This document shows positions 54,457-63,681 of a DNA stretch of 64,000 nucleotides, in pieces. Where the stretch lies: NCBI GenBank assembly GCA_049276635.1, contig JBASWU010000026.1:2282-66281 (forward strand), read 5' to 3'. The DNA comes from Solirubrobacterales bacterium. GTDB taxonomy: Bacteria > Actinomycetota > Thermoleophilia > Solirubrobacterales > JACPNS01. The translations under genes and the position numbers were made by a program. Positions within the stretch are counted from its first letter, which is position 1. The number at the start of each line of letters is the position of its first letter. Below the pieces are notes generated by a model. That model had not been told where the DNA came from and did not search any database. It saw nothing but the letters and a program-made list of their open reading frames with translations.

Positions 54457-55338
54457 CTAGCCGCCGTCCTGCTGGCGCAGGAAACGCTGGATCTCCTGGG
54501 CGATCGCGTCGCCTGACGGGATCGAGCCGCCGCTGATCGTGGCGTCCTCTTCGTCGGCGTTTTCTTCGAGCGTTCGGACGTAGTTTGAGATTTCGTCGTC
54601 CTGGGCGACGGCAGCACTGACCTGCTCGCGAAAGCGAGCCGATGACGCCTCCAGCTCAGCGCTGTCGACGACCGCGCCGGTCACGGCCTCCAGCGCGCGG
54701 ATCAGCGAAAGCGCGGCGGGCGGGTTGGGCGTGGCTGCGACGTAGTGCGGCACGGAGGCCCACAGGCTGCAGGTGCTGATTCCGGCGCGGGCGACGGCGT
54801 GCTGGACGACGCCGGTGATGCCGGTCGGCCCCTCGTAGTTGGCCTCGCGGAATCCGAGGCCGTCGACGATCTCTGCGTCGGTCGCCACCGCGTTGATCGC
54901 GGCCGGGCGAGTATGCGGCACGTCGGCCAGCAAAGCGCCGAGCAGCACGACGGTCTCGACCTCGCACTGCTTGGCGACGTGTACGAGCGCGTCGCAGAAC
55001 GTGCCCCACCGCATCGAGGGCTCCTCGCCCTCCATCATCAGGATGCCTCCCGGCAGACCGGGGAGGCCGGCTTGGTAGAAGGCGTTTCGCGGCCACTCGA
55101 CGCGGTGGACGTCGCCCTCGATGATCGAGATCCGCGGGCGGTGCGACTGGAAGTCGAAATATTCCTCGGGATCGATCTCGGCGATCAGCCGCGGCTCGCC
55201 GGCCTGGCCGAGAAAGCTCAGCGCGGCGCTGGCGGCGCTGCCGGCGTCATTCCAGCCCTTGAAGGCTATGACCATCACCGGTCCCCGCGGGGAGTCCGCG
55301 TCGCTCCAGCGGACACTGTCGATTGCTGCTTTGCGCAT
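54457..55338 (-). CDS. PAC2-family protein (proteasome assembly chaperone-like)
   Basis: PVMVIAFKGWNDAGSAASAAL start, typical of actinobacterial PAC2 proteins. 293 aa with an acidic C-terminus. Confidence 0.75.
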   Translation of the reverse strand: MRKAAIDSVRWSDADSPRGPVMVIAFKGWNDAGSAASAALSFLGQAGEPRLIAEIDPEEYFDFQSHRPRISIIEGDVHRVEWPRNAFYQAGLPGLPGGILMMEGEEPSMRWGTFCDALVHVAKQCEVETVVLLGALLADVPHTRPAAINAVATDAEIVDGLGFREANYEGPTGITGVVQHAVARAGISTCSLWASVPHYVAATPNPPAALSLIRALEAVTGAVVDSAELEASSARFREQVSAAVAQDDEISNYVRTLEENADEEDATISGGSIPSGDAIAQEIQRFLRQQDGG

Positions 55339-55387
55339 AGGTCAAAACTATCCGGTCCGACGCTGAAACGCGACCGATTGGGTTTGT

Positions 55388-56332
55388 TTGTCCAGACCGG
55401 AGCGACTCGATCCGCCCATCCGGCGAGCCGCTCACAATAGAGCCGTGGACATCGCCCAGAGCGCCAAGATCGCAGAGCTCAAGCCCGACACCGAGGTCGA
55501 CGGCGTCTACGCCTGCACGCGCAAGGAAAAGCTCACCGCGCGCAGCGGGACGCCGTACCTGTCGGTCGAGCTCCGCGACGCCACCGGCAAGATCGGGGCT
55601 CGCGCCTTTCGCGACGCGACGTTTCTGGCCGGGCAGTTCGAGCGCGGCGACATCGTCGCGGTCGCCGGGCGCGTCGAGGCCTTCCGGAACGAGCGCCAGA
55701 TCAACCTGCGCTCGATCCGCAAGGCCGCGCAGGCCGGCGGTGCCGACCCACGGGACTTCCTGCCGACCGCCTACCGCGACGTCGATGAGCTCGAGGGCTT
55801 CTTCGAACACCTCGCCGCCGAGGTCCATGATCGCGAACTGCGCCGGCTGCTTGACACGTTGCTCGCCGACGACCGGCTGCGTGACGCCCTGCGCACCGCG
55901 CCGTGCACACGAGACGGCCACCACGCCTATCTCGGCGGCCTGATCGAGCACACCGTCGCCGTCGCAATGCTGGCGCAGCAAACCTGCGACCTCCACCGCC
56001 GGCTCGACAGCGACCTGCTGATCACCGCGGCGCTGCTGCACGACATCGGCAAGACCGGCGAGTTCGCCTTCGGCGCCGAGATCACGACCACCGAAGCCGG
56101 CCGCCTGCTCGGCCACCTGCAGATCGGCGCACAGATAATCCGCGAACTTGCCGGCCGTGCCGGCGGCATCGCCGAGCAGCGCGAGCTGGCGCTGCTCAAC
56201 TGCGTTCTCTCACATCACGGCGCGCCGCAGGGCCAGCGCTTTGCCGGTCCCGAGGCGCTCGCGCTCGCCCGGCTCAACGCCGTAGACGCCCAGGTCAAGG
56301 GCGCGCTCGAGCACGGAATCCAGACCGCGTAG
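55388..56332 (+). CDS. OB-fold plus HD-domain nuclease/phosphohydrolase (YhaM-like)
   Basis: N-terminal OB segment (VDGVYACTRKEKLTARSGTPYLSVELRDATGKIGARAF) and HD domain (HHAYLGGLIEHT, LLHDIGK, SHHG). The start is uncertain (TTG 55388, or GTG near 55445). Confidence 0.7.
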   Translation: MSRPERLDPPIRRAAHNRAVDIAQSAKIAELKPDTEVDGVYACTRKEKLTARSGTPYLSVELRDATGKIGARAFRDATFLAGQFERGDIVAVAGRVEAFRNERQINLRSIRKAAQAGGADPRDFLPTAYRDVDELEGFFEHLAAEVHDRELRRLLDTLLADDRLRDALRTAPCTRDGHHAYLGGLIEHTVAVAMLAQQTCDLHRRLDSDLLITAALLHDIGKTGEFAFGAEITTTEAGRLLGHLQIGAQIIRELAGRAGGIAEQRELALLNCVLSHHGAPQGQRFAGPEALALARLNAVDAQVKGALEHGIQTA

Positions 56333-56333
56333 C

Positions 56334-56400
56334 GGCTTTTCCGGGCCGTTCCGGGCTTTTCCGGGCTTTTCCGGGCTTTTCCGGGCATCCCGGGCGATCC
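56334..56400. repeat. Tandem 10-bp repeat, about 6-7 copies of CCGGGCTTTT
   Basis: GGCTTTT CCGGGCCGTT CCGGGCTTTT CCGGGCTTTT CCGGGCTTTT CCGGGCATCC CGGGCGATCC, read directly. It lies in the 82-nt gap between convergent genes. Confidence 0.9.
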
Positions 56401-56414
56401 GGTGCCCGCCCGGC

Positions 56415-58145
56415 TCATGCCGGCTCACGGACCTCGACGATCTCGCGGCGGCCGAGTTCGCCGGATTCGAGCAACTTGCGCAGGACCTTCTTGTCGAACT
56501 TGCCGACGCTCGTCTTTGGCACCTCGTCGATGAAGGCGTACTCATCGGGGATCCACCACTTGACGACGTGCGCCTGCAGATGCTCGGCAAGTTCTCCGGC
56601 CGCCGGCGGATTGTCTGGGTCGGCGACCACGCAGGCCAGCGGACGCTCGGTCCAGCGCTCATCGGGCTTGGCGATCACGGCGGCTTCGACGACGCCGGGA
56701 TGCGCCATCAGCGCGTTTTCGAGATCGACCGACGAAATCCACTCGCCGCCCGACTTGATCACGTCTTTGGCGCGGTCGGTGATGCGGATGTAGCCGTTGG
56801 GCAAAATCGCCGCGACGTCGCCGGTCTTGAGCCAGCCGTCGTCGCTGAACTTGACATCGCCGGGTTCGGCGTTGTAGTAGGCCGACGCGACCCACGGGCC
56901 GCGCACCTGCAGTTCGCCGGTCGCCTCGCCGTCCCACGGCTGCTCGCCGCCGTCGTCGGCGACGATGCGGGCCTCGACGAGCGGGCAGATCAGTCCGGCG
57001 GTGCAGCGATAGGACCAGGCCTCCTCGCCCTCGGTGCCCCTGGGCGGGTGCGCGACCGAGCCCAGCGGACTCATCTCGGTCATCCCCCAGGCCTGGATGA
57101 TCTTCACGCCGTGGCGCTCCTGGAACCCCTCCATCAGCGTGCGCGGGACCGCCGCGCCGCCACACGGAACCAGGCGCAGGCTCGACAGGTCGGGCTTGTG
57201 CTGATCGGCGTAGCGCAGCAGGTCCATCCAGATCGTCGGCACGGCGCCGGCGACGGTGACCTGCTCCCGTTCGATCAAACCGGCGATCGGCTCGGCCTGT
57301 AGGAACGGCCCGGGCATGATCATGTCGGCGCCGACCATCGTGCAGGCGTAGGGCAGGCCCCAGGCGTTGGCATGAAACATCGGTACGACCGGCAACACGC
57401 GGTCGCGCCCGGAGATTCCCATCGTGTCGGTCATGCACTCGGCGATCGCGTGCAGCACATTGGAGCGATGCGAGTAGAGGACGCCCTTCGGATCGCCGGT
57501 CGTGCCGCTGGTGTAGCAAAGCCCGGCCGCCGCCCGATCGTCGAGCTCGGGGTAGTCAAAGCCGCCCGGCTGGCGGGCGAGTAGCTCCTCGTAGCGAATC
57601 GGATTCGGCAGCGACCCGGTCGGACCGTCGCCGACTACGACGAAGTGACGAACACCGCCGAAGGTCGGGGCCACCTTCTCGAGCAACGGGACCAGCGAGT
57701 CGTCGACGAATATCACCTTGTCGTCGGCGTGGTTGACGATGTAGGTCAGGTGTTCGGCGAAGAGGCGCAGGTTCAGCGTGTGCAGCACAAATCCGGCGCA
57801 CGGAACGCCCATGTAGATCTCGAGATGCTCCTGCGAGTTCCACATGAAGGTGCCTACCCGCTCACCCTCCTTGACGCCGAGTTCGCTGAGCGCCGAGGCG
57901 ACGCGATCGGCGCGGTCGGCTACTTCGCCGTAGTTCGCGCTGGTTCGCTCGCCGTCGGCGCTGCGCAAGGTGACGACTTCGCTCTGCGCGTTGACCGTGC
58001 GCATACGTCCCAGGATGTACTGAATCGTGAGCGGAAACTCATGCTGAACCAGTCCTTCGAGCACTAGTGCTCCCCCAATCTCGTTGTCGTACGGGCGACC
58101 ACCGGAGGCCCTTGGGCTCCAGACTACAGGTTGCGACACGGTCAT
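56415..58145 (-). CDS. AMP-dependent acyl-CoA synthetase (long/medium-chain fatty acid-CoA ligase)
   Basis: AMP-binding motif LCYTSGTTGDPKGVLYSHRS, WGMTEMSP, LKTGDVA, DRAKDVIKSGGEWISS, PKTSVGKFDKK. Confidence 0.85.
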   Translation of the reverse strand: MTVSQPVVWSPRASGGRPYDNEIGGALVLEGLVQHEFPLTIQYILGRMRTVNAQSEVVTLRSADGERTSANYGEVADRADRVASALSELGVKEGERVGTFMWNSQEHLEIYMGVPCAGFVLHTLNLRLFAEHLTYIVNHADDKVIFVDDSLVPLLEKVAPTFGGVRHFVVVGDGPTGSLPNPIRYEELLARQPGGFDYPELDDRAAAGLCYTSGTTGDPKGVLYSHRSNVLHAIAECMTDTMGISGRDRVLPVVPMFHANAWGLPYACTMVGADMIMPGPFLQAEPIAGLIEREQVTVAGAVPTIWMDLLRYADQHKPDLSSLRLVPCGGAAVPRTLMEGFQERHGVKIIQAWGMTEMSPLGSVAHPPRGTEGEEAWSYRCTAGLICPLVEARIVADDGGEQPWDGEATGELQVRGPWVASAYYNAEPGDVKFSDDGWLKTGDVAAILPNGYIRITDRAKDVIKSGGEWISSVDLENALMAHPGVVEAAVIAKPDERWTERPLACVVADPDNPPAAGELAEHLQAHVVKWWIPDEYAFIDEVPKTSVGKFDKKVLRKLLESGELGRREIVEVREPA

Positions 58146-58236
58146 GCGGGAGTCGGTGGACGGGGCATTCCGCGCCGACCAACCGACGATTAAACAGGCA
58201 TTACCGAGGCAATTAGCCTGTTTTGTCCGGCCGGAC

Positions 58237-60219
58237 TCAGTGCGCCGTGTCGTCGCCCTCGACCACGGCCAGCACGGTCCCGGTCTGGACCTGGTCGCCG
58301 ACGGCGACGCGCAGTTCGCTGAGCGTGCCGGCGAGCGGCGCGAGGATCTCGTGCTCCATCTTCATCGCCTCGATCACCGCGACCACCGCGCCGCGTTCGA
58401 CCGCGGCGCCGAGCTCGACTCCGACACGGGCGACGACGCCGGGCATCGGCGATTCCAGCGAGCCGCTAGCCAGCCGGTCCTCGCCGCTGGGGAAGCGGTC
58501 GAGCTCGACGAGGTCGATCTGACCGGCGGCGGAGTTGACCCACAGACGCTGCCCGTCGCGGTGAATCTGAAAGCGATGGCGCACGCCGCCGGCCTCGAGC
58601 TCGACCGCGCGATCGGACGTGGCGTGCAGCCGCGCGCCTTCGATCTCGACGTCGTCGACGCGCAGGCGGCCGAGGCGTCCGCGCGCAAAGCGATAGGCGA
58701 CCTCGGTCGGTCCGTGCGGTCCGGCGAAAGCAATCGTCTGGTCCTGCGAGGGCACGTTGCGCCAGCCGCTCGGCAGCGTGTCGAAGACCCGATCGCCGCC
58801 CGGTGGCACGGCGCGCGCCGCCAGCGCCGCGGCCGCCGCGAACAACCGGGCCGCCGAGTCGCCGATCAACGGAGCGCCCAGCTGAGCCGGATCGTGGCGA
58901 TCGAGGAAGGCCGTATCGGTACTGCCGTCGAGAAACTCCGGATGTTCGAGCAGCCGGACGAGGAAGTCACGATTGGTCGTGACCCCGTGCAGCTTGGCCC
59001 GCCGTAGCGCCGCCGCCAGGCGGCGCGCCGCCTCCTGACGGGACGGCGCGTGCGCGATCACCTTGGCCAGCATCGGGTCGTAATACACCGAGACCTCGGA
59101 TCGATCGCGTACGCCGCTGTCGACGCGAACGTCGCCGGGTAGCTCGATGCGCGCCAAGGTACCGGTCTGGGGCAGAAACTCGCTGGCCGGGTCCTCGGCG
59201 TAGAGGCGCACCTCGATCGCGTGGCCGGCCCGCCGCGGATCGGTTGCTTCGGCCGGCAGCGGCTCGCCGGCGGCGACCAACAGCTGCAGACGCACCAGAT
59301 CGAGGCCGGTGATCGCCTCTGTGACGGGGTGTTCCACCTGAAGGCGGGTGTTGACCTCGAGAAAGAAGAACTCGCCGCTAGGCGCGAGGATGAACTCGAC
59401 CGTTCCGGCGCCGCTGTAGCTCAGCTCCCTGCCGGCGGCGACGGCGGCATCGCCCATCTGCCTGCGCAGGGCGTCGTCGACCGCCGTCGAAGGCGACTCC
59501 TCGAGGATCTTCTGGTACCGGCGCTGGATCGAGCACTCGCGCTCGAACAGCGAGACGACACTGCCGTGGGAGTCGCCGAAGATCTGGATCTCGACGTGCC
59601 GGCCGGCCTCGACGAAGCGCTCGAGAAAAACCGCCTCGTCGCCGAACGCGGCCGCCGCCTCGCGCCGCGCGGCGGCAACGGCATCCTCGACCTCGGCGGC
59701 CGATTTCACGATGCGCATGCCCTTTCCACCACCGCCGGCCGAGGCCTTGACCAACAGCGGATAGCCGACCTGCTCGGCGGCCTCGCGCAGCGCCTCACCC
59801 TCGACGCCGCTGACTGTCCGGCCGGGCAGCACCGGCACGCCGGCCGCCTCCATGCGTCGCTTGGCCTCGATCTTCGACCCCATCGCCGTGATCGCCGCCG
59901 GCGACGGTCCGACCCAGGTCAGGCCGGCGTCCTCGACGGCCTGAGCGAACTCGGCGTTCTCGGCGAGAAACCCGTACCCGGGATGCACGGCGTCGGCGCC
60001 GGCGCGCCGGGCGGCGTCAATGATCGCCTCGCCGCGCAGATACGACTCGGCCGCGGTGTTACCGCCGAGCGCGACCGACGAGTCGGCGGCGTCAACGAAC
60101 GGCGCGTCGGCGTCGGGCTCCGAAAAAACGGCGATCGTGGCGATGCCCATCTCCCGCGCGGTGCGGATGATGCGCAGCGCGATCTCGCCGCGGTTGGCAA
60201 TCAGCAGAGCGCGCATCAC
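58237..60219 (-). CDS. Acyl-CoA carboxylase alpha subunit (biotin carboxylase plus BCCP; methylcrotonyl/geranyl-CoA carboxylase type)
   Basis: MRALLIANRGEIALRIIRTAREMGI, HPGYGFLAEN, GGGGKGMR, and the biotinyl motif IEAMKMEHEI near the C-terminus. Confidence 0.85.
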   Translation of the reverse strand: MMRALLIANRGEIALRIIRTAREMGIATIAVFSEPDADAPFVDAADSSVALGGNTAAESYLRGEAIIDAARRAGADAVHPGYGFLAENAEFAQAVEDAGLTWVGPSPAAITAMGSKIEAKRRMEAAGVPVLPGRTVSGVEGEALREAAEQVGYPLLVKASAGGGGKGMRIVKSAAEVEDAVAAARREAAAAFGDEAVFLERFVEAGRHVEIQIFGDSHGSVVSLFERECSIQRRYQKILEESPSTAVDDALRRQMGDAAVAAGRELSYSGAGTVEFILAPSGEFFFLEVNTRLQVEHPVTEAITGLDLVRLQLLVAAGEPLPAEATDPRRAGHAIEVRLYAEDPASEFLPQTGTLARIELPGDVRVDSGVRDRSEVSVYYDPMLAKVIAHAPSRQEAARRLAAALRRAKLHGVTTNRDFLVRLLEHPEFLDGSTDTAFLDRHDPAQLGAPLIGDSAARLFAAAAALAARAVPPGGDRVFDTLPSGWRNVPSQDQTIAFAGPHGPTEVAYRFARGRLGRLRVDDVEIEGARLHATSDRAVELEAGGVRHRFQIHRDGQRLWVNSAAGQIDLVELDRFPSGEDRLASGSLESPMPGVVARVGVELGAAVERGAVVAVIEAMKMEHEILAPLAGTLSELRVAVGDQVQTGTVLAVVEGDDTAH

Positions 60220-61814
60220 ATGCGAAAGACGCCGAAGCCGTCGGCCCCTCGAACCTCGGCGTTGTTGATGACCGAAAGCGATAAGCCCAGCACCGTACGG
60301 GTATCGCGGGGGTCGATGATTCCGTCGTCGTAGAGCCGGCCGGAGTTCGCCAGCGCCAGCGACTCGCTCTCGATCTGATTCTCGACGGCCGTGCGCATCG
60401 CGGCGTCGGCCTCCTCGTCGACCGCCTGGCCGCGCTCCTCGGCGGCGGCGCGCGCGACGATCGACAGCACCCCGGCAAGTTGCTGCGGACCCATCACCGC
60501 CGTCTTGGCGTTCGGCCAGGAAAAGAGGAAACGCGGCTGGTACGCCCGGCCGGACATGCCGTAGTTGCCGGCCCCGTAAGACGCGCCGGTCAGCAACGAG
60601 ATGTGCGGCACGCGCGAGTTGGAGACGGCGTTGACCATCTTCGCCCCGTCCTTGATGATGTCGCCCTGCTCGTACTCGCGACCGACCATGTATCCGGTCG
60701 TGTTGTGCAGGAAGATCAGCGGCGTGTCGACCTGGTTGGCGAGTTGAATAAACTGCGCCGCCTTCTGCGCCTCGGGCGAGAACAGAACCCCACGCTGGTT
60801 GGCGAGAACACCGACCGGAAAGCCGTGAATCCGCGCCCAGCCGGTGATCAAGGCCTCACCGTAGAGCGGTTTGAACTCGTCGAACTCGGAGTCGTCGACC
60901 ACCCGTCCGAGCAGCTCGCGCATGTCGAAGGGGATCTTCAGATCGATCGGAGCGATCCCGAGCAACTGCTCGGGATCGTGCCGTGGCTCGCGCACCGGGC
61001 GCAGCGGATCCTGGCCCCGCTTGCGCCAGTTCAGGCGACCGACGATCTCGCGCCCGATACGCAGGGCATCGGGCTCGTCGCGCGCCATGTAGTCCGACAG
61101 GCCCGACACCCGTGAGTGCATCTCGGCGCCGCCGAGCTCCTCATCGCTGGATTCCTCGCCGGTCGCCATCTTGACCAGCGGCGGGCCACCGAGAAAGACC
61201 TTGGCGCGATCCTGCACGAAGACCGTGTAATCGCACATTCCCGGGACGTACGCGCCGCCGGCAGTCGAGTTGCCGAAGACCAGCGCGATCGTCGGGATCC
61301 GCGCCGCCGAGAGCTGGGTGAGGCGCCGGAACATCTCGCCGCCGGGAACGAAGATCTCGGCCTGAGTCGGCAGATCGGCGCCGCCGGACTCGACGAGGTT
61401 GATGCACGGAATGCGATTTTTTTCGCAGATCTCCATCGCCCTGAAGACCTTGCGGAAGGTGAAGGGGTTCGACGCGCCGCCGCGGATCGTCGGGTCGTTG
61501 GCGATCAGCATGCATTCGACGCCTTCGACCAGCCCGATCCCGGTGACGACACTGGCGCCGACGGCGAACTGTGTGCCGTGCGCGGCGAACGGCTGTAGCT
61601 CGAGGAACGGGCTGTCGCGGTCGAGCAGCAACTCGATCCGCTCTCGCGCGAGCAGCTTGCCGCGGCGGCGATGTCGCTCGACGTATTTCTCGCCGCCGCC
61701 GGCCAGCACCAGCTCAAGCTGTTGGTCGAGCTCGTCGAGCAGCGTCAGCATTCCCGCGCGGTTGGTCTGAAACTGCTCGGAGCGCGGATTGACGCGAGAC
61801 TCGAGAAACGCCAT
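60216..61814 (-). CDS. Acyl-CoA carboxylase carboxyltransferase (beta) subunit, methylcrotonyl-CoA carboxylase type
   Basis: 532 aa. GGGEKYVERHRRRGKLLARERIELLLD, NDPTIRGG, VESGGADLP, AGGAYVPGM and SWPNAKTAVMG. ATGA overlap with the alpha subunit gene. Confidence 0.85.
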   Translation of the reverse strand: MAFLESRVNPRSEQFQTNRAGMLTLLDELDQQLELVLAGGGEKYVERHRRRGKLLARERIELLLDRDSPFLELQPFAAHGTQFAVGASVVTGIGLVEGVECMLIANDPTIRGGASNPFTFRKVFRAMEICEKNRIPCINLVESGGADLPTQAEIFVPGGEMFRRLTQLSAARIPTIALVFGNSTAGGAYVPGMCDYTVFVQDRAKVFLGGPPLVKMATGEESSDEELGGAEMHSRVSGLSDYMARDEPDALRIGREIVGRLNWRKRGQDPLRPVREPRHDPEQLLGIAPIDLKIPFDMRELLGRVVDDSEFDEFKPLYGEALITGWARIHGFPVGVLANQRGVLFSPEAQKAAQFIQLANQVDTPLIFLHNTTGYMVGREYEQGDIIKDGAKMVNAVSNSRVPHISLLTGASYGAGNYGMSGRAYQPRFLFSWPNAKTAVMGPQQLAGVLSIVARAAAEERGQAVDEEADAAMRTAVENQIESESLALANSGRLYDDGIIDPRDTRTVLGLSLSVINNAEVRGADGFGVFRM

Positions 61815-61868
61815 CAGAGTCCTAGCTTCGGCCGCCGCGCGGCGTGCTCCGGCCGGTCGGTGTCGCGG

Positions 61869-62195
61869 TCATCGCTCGGAGCCCGGGTCGGAGCCCGTCA
61901 GCTCCATGCGCGAGAGCACCGAACAGATCGATTTGCCCGTCGAGTCAAAGCGCAGCGTGTTGGTGGCGCCGCCGCCGAGCGCACCGTGCATGACGACGTT
62001 GAAGGCCCGCAGCTTCGGCATCTTGTGGACGACGACCGGACCCTTGACGTTGCCGGCCATGTAGTCGGCGATCGCCTCGGGTAGCAGACCGGCTTCAAGC
62101 GCGGCGTAGGCGTCCTGGTCGCGCGCGAGCACGACGACGTTGGAGGTATCGCCCTTGTCGCCGGAGCGCACGAAGGCGAGATCGTCGATCCGCAT
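61869..62195 (-). CDS. Small AtuA-associated protein (DUF4387-like)
   Basis: MRIDDLAFVRSGDKGDTSNVVVLARD... 108 aa. Its ATG overlaps the TGA of the upstream AtuA-like gene by 1 nt. Only the last 108 codons of listed ORF 61869..62930 look coding. Confidence 0.6.
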   Translation of the reverse strand: MRIDDLAFVRSGDKGDTSNVVVLARDQDAYAALEAGLLPEAIADYMAGNVKGPVVVHKMPKLRAFNVVMHGALGGGATNTLRFDSTGKSICSVLSRMELTGSDPGSER

Positions 62196-63574
62196 CAGAT
62201 CAGCTCCCGAGCGGTGCTCACCGTGACCTGCTCGGGCACCAGTTCGCGCGGGACCAGCGTCGGCCACAGCGCGATCACCTTGCGCACCGGCGTCGGCACG
62301 CCGAACGCGGTGCCGACCGGGCCGGCCGTGGCCGGCATCAGCATTGCGCGGCGCGCGGCCTCGGCCTCTTGGCGAGTCGCGCATTTGACGGCCATGCGCA
62401 GCTCGACTTCGTTGGGCTCGTAATCCGGTTCCGGCGCGGCCGGGCCGGCGAGGGCATCGATGCCGACGCGGTCGAAACGCTGTTCGATCGGCGTGACGCC
62501 GAGGTGGCTGATCCGCTCGCGCACGAGCCGCTTTGACCACTCGGCCTTCTCCAGCGCGTCGGGCCAAGGGAAGATCGCCCGTCCCTCGGCGATCCAGCCG
62601 TCCTCGTACCCGATCTGCACCTTCAATGTGTCGGGCCGTGCGCGACCGGACATGCCGGTGATACGCACGCGGTCGGGCCCAAGTTCGCGCACCTCGACGT
62701 CGCTCATATCGACGATCCCGTCGGGCAGGCGGTAATCGAGCGGGTCGCCGACCTCGTAGAGCAGGTGCTCCTTGGTCGTGTACTCGTTGATCACACCGCC
62801 GGAGCCCGGGACCTTCTCGATGATCGCCGTGCCGTCGGCGGCGACCTCGGCGAGCGGAAACCCGATCCGCCACGGCTCGTTGGAGAGACGCCACTGCGAG
62901 GACATGCCGCCGGAGGCGATCCCGGCGCACTCGAGCACGTGCCCGATCGTCAGCGCGGCGCCGATGCGTTCCCAGTCGCCGTTCTCGAAGCTCCAGCCGA
63001 AGTGGCGCATCAACGGCGCGCAGTAGAGCGCCGAGTCGGCGAGCCGTCCGCCGATCACAACGTCGGCCTCGCCGTCGAGCGCCTCGATGATGCCGTCAGA
63101 ACCGGTGTAGGCCGACGCCGCGACGATGCGATCGGCGATCCGATCGAGATCCTCTTCGCCGGTATCGATGTTGGTGAAGCGCCAGCCCTGCTCGCGAATC
63201 TCGGCGATACGGCCGGTCAGATCGTCGCCCTCGATCAGGCCGATCCGCAGATCGTCGTCGCCGATTTCGCTCGCGACTCCCGCGACGGCCCGGGCGCCGG
63301 CGCGCGGGTTTGCGCCGCCGCCGTTGGTGATCAGTCTGACGCCGTGTTTGCGTGCCGCCGGCAGACAGTCGCGGGCGATCGGGACGAGATCGGGAATATG
63401 GCCGGCCCCGGGGTCGCGCAGTTTTGCGCGCTGCAGAATCGAGATCGTCAGTTCGGCGAGCAGGTCGAAGGCGACGTACGAGACGTCGCCGCGCTCGATC
63501 ATCTCAACGGCCGGGTCGACGATGTCGCCCCAGAAACCGGAACCCGAGCCAATGCGGCATGTGCCTGCGGTCAC
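62195..63574 (-). CDS. Acyclic terpene utilisation AtuA-family protein (DUF1446)
   Basis: CRIGSGSGFWGDIVDPAVEMIERGDVSYVAFDLLAELT start and a length of 459 aa fit AtuA-like proteins. Confidence 0.7.
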   Translation of the reverse strand: MTAGTCRIGSGSGFWGDIVDPAVEMIERGDVSYVAFDLLAELTISILQRAKLRDPGAGHIPDLVPIARDCLPAARKHGVRLITNGGGANPRAGARAVAGVASEIGDDDLRIGLIEGDDLTGRIAEIREQGWRFTNIDTGEEDLDRIADRIVAASAYTGSDGIIEALDGEADVVIGGRLADSALYCAPLMRHFGWSFENGDWERIGAALTIGHVLECAGIASGGMSSQWRLSNEPWRIGFPLAEVAADGTAIIEKVPGSGGVINEYTTKEHLLYEVGDPLDYRLPDGIVDMSDVEVRELGPDRVRITGMSGRARPDTLKVQIGYEDGWIAEGRAIFPWPDALEKAEWSKRLVRERISHLGVTPIEQRFDRVGIDALAGPAAPEPDYEPNEVELRMAVKCATRQEAEAARRAMLMPATAGPVGTAFGVPTPVRKVIALWPTLVPRELVPEQVTVSTARELI

Positions 63575-63681
63575 AAGCGCTCCAGGAAAGTCACGGCGGA
63601 CATGTTAACCACACGGTACGCCCGGGCTGTTAGCCTCGGCCGGCCCGCGCACGCGACTGGGATTGGGAGGAGTCAGTGGGA

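Noticed and set aside
56334-56400. The 10-bp tandem array as a CRISPR array
   Set aside because: The units are contiguous with no spacers, the unit length is far below CRISPR repeat size, and no cas genes are present.
61869-62930. 353-aa ORF 61869..62930 as a single gene
   Set aside because: Its first roughly 245 codons overlap the AtuA-like gene in another frame and are Arg-rich noise. Only the last 108 codons, from ATG 62195, look like a real DUF4387-like protein.
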